A DNA stretch of 60,987 nt, filler included, from 3 parts of 3 records of this genome joined end to end with filler, not necessarily neighbours in it; one strand, 5' to 3'; positions 29,613 through 39,927 are shown, counted from the first letter of the whole stretch. Notes: generated by a model not told the origin, from the letters alone. Translations and numbers: made by a program.

Positions 29613-31046
29613 ATGAAAAAAATGCAGCAATCCATCAGGATATTTGAGGAGGAAGCAAACATCCTAACCCTAAAATTTGAAAACCCTACAATTGAATCGG
29701 CGTTTAGCCACTACTACGTCGATAAATATTTATGGCAGCTCAGGCTGGCCCACATACTGGGTGCTCTTTTTTACACCGTGGCTGTTATTGCCGAACATAT
29801 ATTTCTAAAAAACAGCGTTTTAGCAGCCCTCATGCGCATTTTGATTGTAGATACATCCTTTTTTTTGGGACTGCTCATAACCTATTATCTAAAGCCCGTT
29901 TACTTAAAACATTACAAAATATTCAGCATTTACTATGTCCTGATCACTTCGTTAAGTTTCATTTTTTCAGGAGCCTTAGCACCTGAACCTTACACCTATT
30001 CCATATACAGTGGAGTGATCGTCAGCCTGATTTTTAATTATACCTTCATCAGGCAGGACTTTGTTAAAGCAAGCATCACAGGGTTGGTAATTCTTGTGAC
30101 CTATCTTTATGTTGCATTTTCATATACGAGCTCTTCAGAATTCATCTTTCATGTTTCCATTTACATTGCCGTTGCAAATTTCCTGGGGATGTTTATCGCC
30201 TATAGTATCGAGTACGATGCCAGGAAAAGTTACCTGATGATGAATAAGATATCGAGTGATTCCAAAGCCATCAGGGAGGTCAATAAAAATCTGGAATATC
30301 TGATTGAGGCGCGTACCAGTGAACTGTTTGATGCAAAGGAAAAAGCTGAAGAAGCCGACAGGCTCAAAACAGCATTTCTGCTCAACATTAGTCATGAAAT
30401 TCGGACCCCTTTAAATGGAATTATGGGTTTTTCGGAATTGCTTTTGGACCCTGATCTGACATTTATTGATCGAAAAAGCTTCATCGAAAAAATTCAGCGC
30501 AGCAGTGAACGGCTTACAACCACCGTTACAAACCTCATCGAAATATCAAAAGTAGAAACCGGGCAACTCGGTTATCTGGCAACCACGTTCGATGCACTGA
30601 AAGAAACCGGGAATTTGATCAGAGATTATAAGGATAAAATCAAACAAAAGAATCTAAACCTGATCCTAAACCTGGGCAATAACGAAGACAAATTAGTCGT
30701 GCATACCGACCGGGCTAAATTTGGGTATATCCTGGCAACATTCATGAAGAATGCCATCAAATACACAAAAGATGGAGAGATCGAAATTGGGATAAATCAT
30801 TCGGGAGATCATACATTTTATGTGAGAGATACCGGAGAAGGCATTCCAAAAGAACGACAGGAGGCTATTTTCCGGGCTTTCGAACAGGCTGACATTGAAG
30901 ATAAGCAGGCACTGCAGGGTACGGGAATTGAATTGACTATTGCAGATGCATATGCAACAATTATGGGTTGCAAAATTTCGCTGGAATCAAAAGTCGGAGT
31001 TGGATCTGTTTTTTACCTTCGGGTTCCCACCCAGGCCAGGAAATAA
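29613..31046 (+). CDS. 6-TM sensor histidine kinase without receiver
   Basis: About six hydrophobic helices, [14 protein letters not shown]-box, HATPase with atypical G2 box (GTGIEL). Confidence 0.85.
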   Translation: MKKMQQSIRIFEEEANILTLKFENPTIESAFSHYYVDKYLWQLRLAHILGALFYTVAVIAEHIFLKNSVLAALMRILIVDTSFFLGLLITYYLKPVYLKHYKIFSIYYVLITSLSFIFSGALAPEPYTYSIYSGVIVSLIFNYTFIRQDFVKASITGLVILVTYLYVAFSYTSSSEFIFHVSIYIAVANFLGMFIAYSIEYDARKSYLMMNKISSDSKAIREVNKNLEYLIEARTSELFDAKEKAEEADRLKTAFLLNISHEIRTPLNGIMGFSELLLDPDLTFIDRKSFIEKIQRSSERLTTTVTNLIEISKVETGQLGYLATTFDALKETGNLIRDYKDKIKQKNLNLILNLGNNEDKLVVHTDRAKFGYILATFMKNAIKYTKDGEIEIGINHSGDHTFYVRDTGEGIPKERQEAIFRAFEQADIEDKQALQGTGIELTIADAYATIMGCKISLESKVGVGSVFYLRVPTQARK

Positions 31047-31076
31047 ACGCCATAATAAAAATTACCTTATTGAAGG

Positions 31077-33485
31077 TCACTCATACCTCAGAGAATCAAC
31101 GGGCTTTGTATTCGATGCCCAGATGGCGATAAATGTAACCGTTAACAGTGCAACCGAAAAAGTAATGATCCCGGCGGTTATAAACACCGGTGGGCCAAAA
31201 TTGGTGGCATAGGCAAAATTTTTCAGCCATTCGCGCAAAGCAATATGTGCAGTGAGCCATCCCAAAACATTGGCAATTAAAACCAACCCGATAAACCGAT
31301 ATGAAAGGTGAAAAATAATATTGGTAATGGATGCGCCAAACACCTTGCGAACACCAATTTCGCGGATACGTTGCTCCGCGTTGAAGGATGACAACCCAAA
31401 CAATCCGAGACACGCAATGAAAATTGCTAAAAAAGTAAAAATCGAAAAAACCATCGATAATCGTTCATCGTTTTCAAGTAGCTCGCTATACGACTGATTG
31501 AGGAAAAAGTAATCGAATGGCTTGCCCGGTTCCAGCAAATACCATGTATTTTCCAGTTTGGTCATGGTTTCCCGGAGGTTTTTCGCATCGAGTTTGATCA
31601 TGAGTTTATTGGCCCTCTCCTCATCGTTGTTCACAAAGATCATGGGTTCGATGGGATCTTTCAAAGAACTGAAATGCGCATCCGCTACTACACCAATTAC
31701 CGTGTAGCGATTTTCATCTTCACTGTCACCAATATATATGCGTTTACCGATTGGATTTTCCCAATCGGCCTTTTTTTGCAGGGTTTCGTTGATGATGATG
31801 GCGTGCTGGTCAGCATTGGGATGGTCGGCAAAATTCCGTCCGGCAATCAATTTCATGCCAAGGGTCTCGAAATAACCTGCATCAGCCGACACAATCTCCA
31901 GTACCCATTGCATATTTCCTTCGGAATTTTCAGGTGAACACCCCCATTTTCCAGGTTGTGTTCCGGGATAATTTGATCCAACTGAAACGGATTTGATTTC
32001 AGAAATATTCAAAAAAGCATTGCGGTATATGTCCCGGTTTGTATGGCTGTCGGAGCTACGCAAGGGGATCACAATCACCTGTTCCTTTTCAAATCCCAGG
32101 TTCAGATTTTTCAAATAATTAAACTGCCTGATGATAACAGTAGTGCAAATAATCAACACCACAGATATGAAAAACTGAAATACCACAAGTACATTTCTGG
32201 CCAACGGCCGTCCTGTGCGGTTGCTCAAATGGCCTTTCAATACACTGATGGGCTGAAATGTGGAAAGATAAAAAGCCGGATAAATTCCAGCCAGAACACC
32301 CACAAAAATGGCAAAGCCCAGGAAAAAGAAGACAACATGCCAGTGCTCTGATTTCATGAATACCAGGCCTTTGCCGGTGAGCTCGTTGAACCACGGAATG
32401 GTAAATTCGATGATCAGCAAAGAAAAAACCAGGGCAATCAGCGCAAGCAACAACGACTCACCCAGAAACTGGATGATCAGGTCGCCCTTGTTGGCTCCCA
32501 AAGTTTTACGCATGCCAACCTCCTTGGCCCGCTTGGCTGAGCGTGCAGTGGTTAGGTTAACAAAATTGATACATGCGATGATGAGCAGAAATACGGCAAT
32601 GGCCGAAAAAATATAGACATAATAAATGTCGCCATTCGGTTGTAATTCTCCCAACAAATTGGAATGCAGATGTATGTCGGTGAGGGGTTGCAGGTACGGA
32701 TTAAATTCGATGCCTCGTGAAGCCAGTGTGTCCACATCCTCTCCCATTTTCCGGGCGATAAATTCCGGCAGCTCATCCACAATGTATCCCGGATCCTGTT
32801 TTTCTGACAGCCTGATATAGGCCAGGAAATTCAGTGAACCCCACATTTCGAGCCTTTCGGCAAATGGAAAATCTTCGAGCGTGATAAATGATGCGATCAG
32901 GTTAAAGTTGATGTGTGAATTTTCAGGGGGGTCTTCCACAACACCGGTAACCAGGAAATTGTACTGCTCATTAAACCGGATTATTTTTCCGATGGGATTG
33001 ATGTCGCCAAAATATTTGTGAGCTGTAGTTTCGGTAAGCACCATGGCGTACTTCCGTGAAAGGGCCGTTTTAGGGTTTCCTTTTACCAGGTTAAACGAAA
33101 AAATACTGAAAAATCCTGTGTCGGCATAGATGAGGTTATCCTCGTAAAATTTTTTGTTTCCGTTTGTGATAAGAACCGATTCATTTTCGGCTTCCATTCT
33201 TGTTGCATCAAGTACACCCGGAAATGATGCTTCCATGGCAGGTGCCAGTGGCCCGGCAGAAACTGCCACATCCAGAAAATCATCCATGATCCTGGCCTGG
33301 AAAGCCACCCGGTAAATATCATCAGCATGCTTATGAAACCTGTCGTAGCTCAGTTCATCAAGCACATACAGCATAATCAGAATGAATCCGGCCATACCCA
33401 CTGCCAACCCTGAAATATTGATCAGGGAATACACTTTTTGCCGGTTCAAATTCCGTAATGCTATCTTCAGGTAGTTTTGAAGCAT
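31077..33485 (-). CDS. ABC transporter permease, duplicated MacB/FtsX type
   Basis: NYLKIALRNL..INISGLAVG; ACINFVNL.TARS..RAKEVGMRK; second repeat ACLGLFGL..EQR.REIGVRKVFGA; ends LRYE. Confidence 0.92.
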   Translation of the reverse strand: MLQNYLKIALRNLNRQKVYSLINISGLAVGMAGFILIMLYVLDELSYDRFHKHADDIYRVAFQARIMDDFLDVAVSAGPLAPAMEASFPGVLDATRMEAENESVLITNGNKKFYEDNLIYADTGFFSIFSFNLVKGNPKTALSRKYAMVLTETTAHKYFGDINPIGKIIRFNEQYNFLVTGVVEDPPENSHINFNLIASFITLEDFPFAERLEMWGSLNFLAYIRLSEKQDPGYIVDELPEFIARKMGEDVDTLASRGIEFNPYLQPLTDIHLHSNLLGELQPNGDIYYVYIFSAIAVFLLIIACINFVNLTTARSAKRAKEVGMRKTLGANKGDLIIQFLGESLLLALIALVFSLLIIEFTIPWFNELTGKGLVFMKSEHWHVVFFFLGFAIFVGVLAGIYPAFYLSTFQPISVLKGHLSNRTGRPLARNVLVVFQFFISVVLIICTTVIIRQFNYLKNLNLGFEKEQVIVIPLRSSDSHTNRDIYRNAFLNISEIKSVSVGSNYPGTQPGKWGCSPENSEGNMQWVLEIVSADAGYFETLGMKLIAGRNFADHPNADQHAIIINETLQKKADWENPIGKRIYIGDSEDENRYTVIGVVADAHFSSLKDPIEPMIFVNNDEERANKLMIKLDAKNLRETMTKLENTWYLLEPGKPFDYFFLNQSYSELLENDERLSMVFSIFTFLAIFIACLGLFGLSSFNAEQRIREIGVRKVFGASITNIIFHLSYRFIGLVLIANVLGWLTAHIALREWLKNFAYATNFGPPVFITAGIITFSVALLTVTFIAIWASNTKPVDSLRYE

Positions 33486-33562
33486 ATTGTGATATTGATG
33501 AAAATTGGTTTGGTCTCAGCAATCCAAAAGTCCTACTCAGGAAAAAAAATACAGTAATTTGC

Positions 33563-34024
33563 TTACCCGATGAGCAACCCGGCAGTATGATCGATCTGTT
33601 GTTTTGGTATTGACCGCCTGCTTTTTTCGAGCTTGTTGATGGTTTTGTCATCCAACTTTTGGTGTTCCACCTCTACCCTAACGCCTTCATCCAAATAAAA
33701 CACCCCTGAAAATGCAGCCGTTAGCGGATCCATCTCACCAAGGAAGCTAATGGTGGTCTTACCAATGTTAAAAGAAACATCATAACCATCAATCCGGATA
33801 TCAGACAGTTTGAATCCCTGGTTGCTGTCTTCAGAATCCAAAAAGTATAATACACCTTCCATATTACCGGTTTCATCCAGGTTAAACACCAACAACGTTG
33901 AAAGAGAGAGTTGGTCGGGGGATTCTTTCTCCAGCCAGTATCCGGTAAGATTTCCCGGTGCAATTTGTGCAGACGAAAAAACGGTGGTGATTGATAATAT
34001 GAGAAATAAAATAGTTCGGTACAT
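33563..34024 (-). CDS. Small secreted hypothetical protein (beta-rich)
   Basis: ATG 34024 gives a signal peptide MYRTILFLILSITTVFSSAQ; co-oriented within the MFP-permease operon. Confidence 0.6.
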   Translation of the reverse strand: MYRTILFLILSITTVFSSAQIAPGNLTGYWLEKESPDQLSLSTLLVFNLDETGNMEGVLYFLDSEDSNQGFKLSDIRIDGYDVSFNIGKTTISFLGEMDPLTAAFSGVFYLDEGVRVEVEHQKLDDKTINKLEKSRRSIPKQQIDHTAGLLIG

Positions 34025-34068
34025 AACGGCCAAATTTCTAATTCGGATAACCTTCAACATAAATTGGA

Positions 34069-35322
34069 TTACCTGAACACCAGTTTATCCTTCCCTCCAA
34101 AACCGTCGTATGATGAAATAATTACCTCCTCGCCCGGCTGCAGGCCTTCCAACACCTCATAAAAATTAGTGTTTTGCCGGCCCAGCCTGATATTGCGTTT
34201 TGTAGCAAACTCGCCAGAAGGATCAACCACATAAACCCAATTGCCACCGGTTTCCTGGAAAAACCCTCCGCGTTTCACAATAACAGCATCACGTGGGCTG
34301 CTGAACTGCAACCTGAGCTGTACGGTCTGTCCACGCTTAATGCCTCTTGGCTCATCGCCGGTAAACTGCAGGTCAACCTGGAAAGAACCATTTGTTACAT
34401 TGGTATAAATTTTCATGATCTCGAGCTGATAGGTATTTCCGGCAAAATCAAATTCGGCCTGCTGGCCAAGATGAACTGTTGATATATATCTTTCATCGAT
34501 GGGAGCCCTGAGTTTAAACCCATCTTTCATCCGGTCGATCTGGCCCAGGTGTTCACCGGCCGATTTGGTTTCTCCTATCTCCACACTGAACGAAGAGAGC
34601 TTGCCATCGGCAGGGGCTTTGATGAATAGGTTTTGTAAATTTTTATTGAGCAGAGCCAGGTTATTTTGCATCCGCTCGATTGAATTGTTGATTTGCCTGG
34701 TTTGGTTTACCATAGAAATCGAGTCAAGACGTTGCAACTTAAGTGATATCTCCAGTTGTTTCATAGTGAGTTCATGATCACGTTTGGCATCCTCATACTC
34801 CTGGTCAGAAATCAGCTTATCATCATAAAGCTTTTGCTTTCGGTTAAAATCCAGGTCTACCCTGTCGATCTCTGCCAACAGGTTTACAATTTCGAGTTGT
34901 CGCACATACTGGCTTCTCTCCAGGTTCACTTTTGAATTTTGCAGGTTATTGATCGCATCATACATACGGGTTTCCTGATCCATGTACCTGAGCTCCATGT
35001 CGGCATTATTTAGTTTTAATATGGTATCACCTTTTTTAAGGTTGGCACCATCCTCAACAAACACACTTTCTACATTACCTCCCTGTACAGCATCGATGTA
35101 AATGGTTCTTTTGGGATAAACCACCGCATCCACGGGTATAAACTCCTGGAAACGATCACGCTTAACCTCGGTAATCGACAACTGCTCCTCATTCACATAA
35201 AGACGGCTCTGCTTATCCCTGAAAAACAGCAGGTAGACGATAAACAACCCAAAAGCCACCGAGAAAGCAATCGTCAATATGCGCTTTACAGTCCACTTCT
35301 TCTTTTCAATAATTCTATCCAT
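34069..35322 (-). CDS. Efflux periplasmic adaptor (membrane fusion protein, HlyD/MacA-like)
   Basis: MDR.IEKKKW N-terminus, one TM, lipoyl halves (GG.V..V.VEDG; IKAPADG), coiled-coil hairpin, EVLEGL.PGE.VI.S. Confidence 0.9.
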   Translation of the reverse strand: MDRIIEKKKWTVKRILTIAFSVAFGLFIVYLLFFRDKQSRLYVNEEQLSITEVKRDRFQEFIPVDAVVYPKRTIYIDAVQGGNVESVFVEDGANLKKGDTILKLNNADMELRYMDQETRMYDAINNLQNSKVNLERSQYVRQLEIVNLLAEIDRVDLDFNRKQKLYDDKLISDQEYEDAKRDHELTMKQLEISLKLQRLDSISMVNQTRQINNSIERMQNNLALLNKNLQNLFIKAPADGKLSSFSVEIGETKSAGEHLGQIDRMKDGFKLRAPIDERYISTVHLGQQAEFDFAGNTYQLEIMKIYTNVTNGSFQVDLQFTGDEPRGIKRGQTVQLRLQFSSPRDAVIVKRGGFFQETGGNWVYVVDPSGEFATKRNIRLGRQNTNFYEVLEGLQPGEEVIISSYDGFGGKDKLVFR

Positions 35323-35350
35323 AGCATTTCATTTTACAGGTGCCTCGTTG

Positions 35351-35365
35351 GCGAATACTGTGCCA
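35351..35365 (-). promoter_or_regulatory. sigma54 (-24/-12) promoter of the MFP operon
   Basis: Minus strand TGGCACAGTATTCGC = GG-N10-GC, about 30 nt upstream of the ATG; a sigma54 activator is encoded divergently. Confidence 0.8.
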
Positions 35366-35428
35366 TTAATCATAACATGCTGTATAGCAGAATTTAACTC
35401 CGTAAAGGGCGCATGTTCGAAATTGTTT

Positions 35429-35466
35429 TGTTCAAATCCGATCAATTTTTTGTACAGATACGAACA
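35429..35466. promoter_or_regulatory. Two candidate enhancer (UAS) sites for the NtrC-type regulator
   Basis: TGTTCAAATCCGATCA (35429-35444) and TGTACAGATACGAACA (35451-35466): TGT-N10-ACA-like dyads starting 22 bp apart. Confidence 0.6.
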
Positions 35467-35647
35467 TTCTTTATATTTTAGCCGATATTATCTTTGAAAC
35501 ATGAATGAATATGGCCGGACCTAAGATATTTTAATGGACTATATTCACATGCAGAATACTTACATAATTGTACAATTTAAGCCATTTATGCCAATTATAA
35601 CTGCATAAACCGTTCTAAACACAGACAGATCAAAATATCAATCAAAT

Positions 35648-37024
35648 ATGGAAAAAGCAGATGCCAAAATTTTAATCGTTGATGACGATCAGGACGTATT
35701 ACTTGCCGCAAAACTATTTCTGAAACAGCACATTAAAATTGTACATACGGAAAAAAATCCCGAAAACATTCCGAATCTCTTAAAAACTGATAATTACGAT
35801 GTAGTACTCCTCGACATGAACTTTTCGCGTGATGCTACCAGTGGAAAGGAAGGTTTTCACTGGCTGAACAAGATCATGGAGATAGATCCTGCAGCTGTGG
35901 TAATTTTCATTACGGGGTACGGAGATATTGAACTTGCTGTTCAGGGTATTAAAGAAGGAGCTACAAACTTCATCCTTAAACCATGGGACAACAAAAAACT
36001 GCTTGCCACTATTCAGGCCAACCTCAAGGTAAGGTCTTCGAATGAAGAGCTTCAGGATTTGAAAACCAAAAAACAGGTATTTCTGGCCGACCAGAATAAT
36101 GCATGGGGCGACCTGATCGGGCAGTCTCCCACCATGCAACAGGTGATGAATACCGTGAAAAAAGTAGCGGTAACCGATGCCAATGTCCTGATCCTGGGTG
36201 AGAATGGTACCGGAAAAGAACTGATCGCCCGTGCCATACACAAAGCATCAAAACGTAAAGACGAGGTTTTCATCAGTGTAGACCTGGGTGCTATCAGCGA
36301 AACACTTTTTGAGAGTGAGCTTTTTGGATATAAAAAAGGGGCATTCACGGATGCAAAAGAAGATCGTGCAGGCCGTTTTGAAGCCGCATCAAAAGGCACC
36401 ATTTTCCTGGATGAAATCGGAAACCTGTCCACTAGTCTGCAATCGAAACTCCTGTCGGTACTCCAGAGCCGCAAAGTGGTCCGGTTAGGATCAAATAAAG
36501 AAGTCCCTATTGATGTCAGGTTGATCTGTGCTACCAACATGCCACTGTATCAGATGGTGAAGGAAAACAAATTCAGGCAGGATCTGCTCTACCGGATCAA
36601 CACCGTGGAAATTTCGGTTCCTCCACTTCGCGACAGAGTTGAAGACATCCCGATACTGGTTGACCATTTCCTGGAAGATTACTGTAAAAAATACAAACTT
36701 TCGAATAAGCGTGTGAATGCATCTACCCTGAAACGACTTGAAAAACACCACTGGCCCGGCAACATCCGCGAGTTGCAACATGCCGTGGAACGTGCTGTAA
36801 TTATGAGCGAATCAACCATTTTGCAACCCCAGGATTTTTTCCTTTCACAAAATGATGATGGCACTGAACGCAGCGAACCCGAAACTTATAACCTCGAAGA
36901 AACTGAGCGGATGCTCATCAGAAAAGTGATCGACAAACATGGCGGAAACATCAGTAAAGCTGCCAAAGAACTTGGCCTCACGCGCGCCTCACTTTACCGT
37001 AGAATAGAAAAATATGGTCTTTAA
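35648..37024 (+). CDS. sigma54-dependent response regulator (NtrC family)
   Basis: REC domain, GENGTGKE, ESELFG..KGAFTDA, LDEIG, WPGNIREL, Fis-type HTH. Confidence 0.95.
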   Translation: MEKADAKILIVDDDQDVLLAAKLFLKQHIKIVHTEKNPENIPNLLKTDNYDVVLLDMNFSRDATSGKEGFHWLNKIMEIDPAAVVIFITGYGDIELAVQGIKEGATNFILKPWDNKKLLATIQANLKVRSSNEELQDLKTKKQVFLADQNNAWGDLIGQSPTMQQVMNTVKKVAVTDANVLILGENGTGKELIARAIHKASKRKDEVFISVDLGAISETLFESELFGYKKGAFTDAKEDRAGRFEAASKGTIFLDEIGNLSTSLQSKLLSVLQSRKVVRLGSNKEVPIDVRLICATNMPLYQMVKENKFRQDLLYRINTVEISVPPLRDRVEDIPILVDHFLEDYCKKYKLSNKRVNASTLKRLEKHHWPGNIRELQHAVERAVIMSESTILQPQDFFLSQNDDGTERSEPETYNLEETERMLIRKVIDKHGGNISKAAKELGLTRASLYRRIEKYGL

Positions 37025-38369
37025 AAGCTTCAGGCTTCAGATTATTATTCGCGTGGTTTTGCTCGTTGCATCCATCGTGCTGCTAACAATTTTAATTGCA
37101 AACAGCAAGTTGATGGTTTCACAGGTTTTCCTTGGCCTGGTAGTGATATTCCAAATCTTCAGCCTCATCATGTATGTGGAGCAAACCAATAAAAAACTCA
37201 CCGGTTTTTTGAACAGTATCAAGCATGCCGACTTTTCCAGCTCGTTTTCAGAAAAAGGACTCGGAAAAAGTTTTGAGGAGCTGAATTTTGCATTCAATGA
37301 GGTTATGAATGCCTTCCGAAAATACCGATCCGAAAAGGAAGAACATCTGAATTACCTACTCACCGTAATACAACACGTTTCCATTGGAATGATCGCTTTT
37401 AGTGAAGATGGTAAAATTGACCAGTTTAACCAGGCAGTAACAAAACTTTTTAAGATCAGGTATCTTAAACACATCTCTGATCTGGATGACGTGGAAAAAG
37501 GGTTATCAGATAAATTGATAAAATTAAAGGCCGGCGATCAAATCCTGATCAAAGTTTTTGTTGATGATGAGCTTCTGCAACTGGCGGTTCATGCTACACA
37601 GTTTAAAATGCGCAGCCTGCAATACACGCTGATCTCTTTCCAGAACATCCACAACGAACTGGAAGAAAAAGAAATAGAATCATGGCAAAAATTAATTCGT
37701 GTACTCACACACGAGATCATGAATTCAATCACACCCATTTCTTCGCTGGCCGGAACAGTAAGAGGCATTCTTCTTGATGAAGAAGATGAATCCAGGGTTG
37801 AACTCAATGAGATGGATGAGGAAGATGTGGAAAGTGTTCATAGTGCTTTAAGTACCATAGAAAAGAGAAGCCAGGGACTTTTAAATTTCGTGGAAATATA
37901 CAGAAACCTGACACGAATTCCCAAGCCAAATTTCAGGTATTTTAAAGTGGCGAACCTGTTTGAGAATGCCGAGCAACTACTAAATCCAAAAATGGTTGAA
38001 CTGGACGTTAACTACCAAAAATCAATTTTGCCTGAATCACTTATGGTAACTGCAGACCCCGATCTGATCGACCAGGTACTGATCAACCTTCTACTCAATG
38101 CCATTGATGCGGTTAAAGGAAATGAAGACCCGAAAATTGCCATGACAGCGGCAGAAGTAAACGGGAGGGTTAAAATTGAGATCAGGGATAATGGCCACGG
38201 CATAAAACCAGATATCATGGATAAAATTTTCATGCCCTTTTTCACTTCCAAAAAACATGGTTCAGGAATTGGCTTAAGCCTTTCGCGACAAATTATGCAT
38301 TTGCACAAGAGTAGCATTTCCGTCCGCTCGAAGTTGGGCGAAGGAACAGTTTTTACCCTGACATTCTAG
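37014..38369 (+). CDS. Sensor histidine kinase (NtrY-like), cognate of the upstream regulator
   Basis: Two TM, PAS-like region, LTHEIMNSITPI, DNGHG, PFFTSK, GSGIGL; overlaps the regulator stop. Confidence 0.92.
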   Translation: MVFKSFRLQIIIRVVLLVASIVLLTILIANSKLMVSQVFLGLVVIFQIFSLIMYVEQTNKKLTGFLNSIKHADFSSSFSEKGLGKSFEELNFAFNEVMNAFRKYRSEKEEHLNYLLTVIQHVSIGMIAFSEDGKIDQFNQAVTKLFKIRYLKHISDLDDVEKGLSDKLIKLKAGDQILIKVFVDDELLQLAVHATQFKMRSLQYTLISFQNIHNELEEKEIESWQKLIRVLTHEIMNSITPISSLAGTVRGILLDEEDESRVELNEMDEEDVESVHSALSTIEKRSQGLLNFVEIYRNLTRIPKPNFRYFKVANLFENAEQLLNPKMVELDVNYQKSILPESLMVTADPDLIDQVLINLLLNAIDAVKGNEDPKIAMTAAEVNGRVKIEIRDNGHGIKPDIMDKIFMPFFTSKKHGSGIGLSLSRQIMHLHKSSISVRSKLGEGTVFTLTF

Positions 38370-38410
38370 AAAATTTTGTTCTTTTGCAGTAGACAAAACC
38401 CGCAAGAAAG

Positions 38411-38776
38411 ATGAAAGAAAATCCTTCGATACTTATCATTGAAGACGACCAGTATAATTTCGATCTCCTGGAGGTGATCCTTAAAGATATTAATGCTAAA
38501 ATATTTTGGGCCCAAACAGCCGGCGAGGGATTGGAATATTTTAACAAGGAAAATATTGACCTGGTGCTGATGGACATTAAGCTACCTGATAAAAATGGCT
38601 ATGACCTAACCCGTGAATTTAAAGCCTTGAAAAACGAGGTGCCGGTTATTGCACAAACTGCATATGCGCTCACCGGCGACAGAGAAAAGGCACTGGAGGC
38701 TGGTTGCGATAGCTACATATCAAAACCCATCAGAAAAGCAAAGTTGCTCGAAACATTACAGAGTTTCCTCGCTTAA
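38411..38776 (+). CDS. Single-domain response regulator
   Basis: IIEDD, LMDIKLP, AQTAYA, SKP receiver motifs. Confidence 0.9.
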   Translation: MKENPSILIIEDDQYNFDLLEVILKDINAKIFWAQTAGEGLEYFNKENIDLVLMDIKLPDKNGYDLTREFKALKNEVPVIAQTAYALTGDREKALEAGCDSYISKPIRKAKLLETLQSFLA

Positions 38777-38828
38777 TAAATTGCTGAAAAAGACTTGAAT
38801 GATATACTGAACTCATTATTTATACCAT

Positions 38829-38862
38829 AAAAAAAGCCGGACCATCTGATGATCCGGCTTTT
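38829..38862 (-). terminator. Intrinsic terminator between convergent genes
   Basis: AAAAGCCGGA...TCCGGCTTTT stem with the longer T-run on the minus strand. Confidence 0.8.
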
Positions 38863-38882
38863 CGCATTTTTGATGTACAATA

Positions 38883-39860
38883 TTAATTACACTTCAAAAC
38901 CTGCTTGATTTCGTAGTCTGCGTTTTCAGCGAAGCTACCAAATTTTGCATTATTAAATGCTTCACAAGCTTTTGTATTTTGCCCCTGACCTTTATAGGCG
39001 TTGCCCATTTCGTAGTAGAATTTGGCTTTATAATCGTCATTTTGATCTGCACTCATTGACAGACCTTTTTCGGCAGCTTCAACAGCTTTTGCATAATCTT
39101 TCAATCCATTGTTTGCCAATGCAACATAGTAATAGGCGTCAGCATTATCGGCATCAAACGATAAAGAGGCATTCAGACAAGTCAGCGCTTTTCCCCAATC
39201 ACGTGCCTGTAAACCTTTTTGACCGTTGGCCAGGAAAAGTTTTTTACCGTTTTTCCTGATTTTGGTAGCCATTTTATCATCATTATCAGCTTCAGCAAGT
39301 TTCAATGCCGTTTCGAACGACTCTTTCATTTTTGGTGTATCACCAAGCTTGTTGTAGGTGATAGCCATACCATAATAAGCACGTGAATATTCGGGGTTAT
39401 TATCAACAGCTTTCTGATAATTTGAAAGAGCATCTTCATATTTTTTGTTTTTATAGGCTGTAGCACCTTTTGAATAATACAATTTTGGGATGGTAGCCCT
39501 GGCTTTCTCAACAGTTCCCGGATCGTTGTATTTCTTACCGTATTCAATGGCATTTTCAAATTCGGTAATTGCCTTGTCCACTTTCTTTGCTTTAAAATCT
39601 GTTACACCAAGTTTGTAATAAAGCTGTGGGATTTGCGACTGAGCGTTAATCACAATCATTTCACCCTCGGGGCCAACTTTTTCGGCAACTTCCATTGCTT
39701 CCGTGTACTTTTCGATGGCTACTTCAAATTTGTTGTTTTTTACTGCCTGGTTTCCTTCATTAAAAAGGTCGCCTGCCTGGTTGATATCCTGGGCAAAGGC
39801 AGACAATGCGAAAACCGAAATCAATAGTACGACAAGATTTTTCATGTTGTTGAAATTCAT
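38883..39860 (-). CDS. Secreted tetratricopeptide-repeat protein
   Basis: Signal peptide; several TPR units (YY.LG..A...F..A; AYYGMAI.Y..LG). The start may be ATG 39845. Confidence 0.85.
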   Translation of the reverse strand: MNFNNMKNLVVLLISVFALSAFAQDINQAGDLFNEGNQAVKNNKFEVAIEKYTEAMEVAEKVGPEGEMIVINAQSQIPQLYYKLGVTDFKAKKVDKAITEFENAIEYGKKYNDPGTVEKARATIPKLYYSKGATAYKNKKYEDALSNYQKAVDNNPEYSRAYYGMAITYNKLGDTPKMKESFETALKLAEADNDDKMATKIRKNGKKLFLANGQKGLQARDWGKALTCLNASLSFDADNADAYYYVALANNGLKDYAKAVEAAEKGLSMSADQNDDYKAKFYYEMGNAYKGQGQNTKACEAFNNAKFGSFAENADYEIKQVLKCN

Positions 39861-39919
39861 AACAATTTGTTGATTTATTTAAAATTCGATTGATTTATTA
39901 AACACCTCTTTAGCGGGCG

Positions 39920-39927
39920 CAAAAATA
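39920..39927 (-). promoter_or_regulatory. Bacteroidetes -7 promoter element (TAnnTTTG)
   Basis: TATTTTTG on the minus strand upstream of the TPR gene. Confidence 0.55.
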
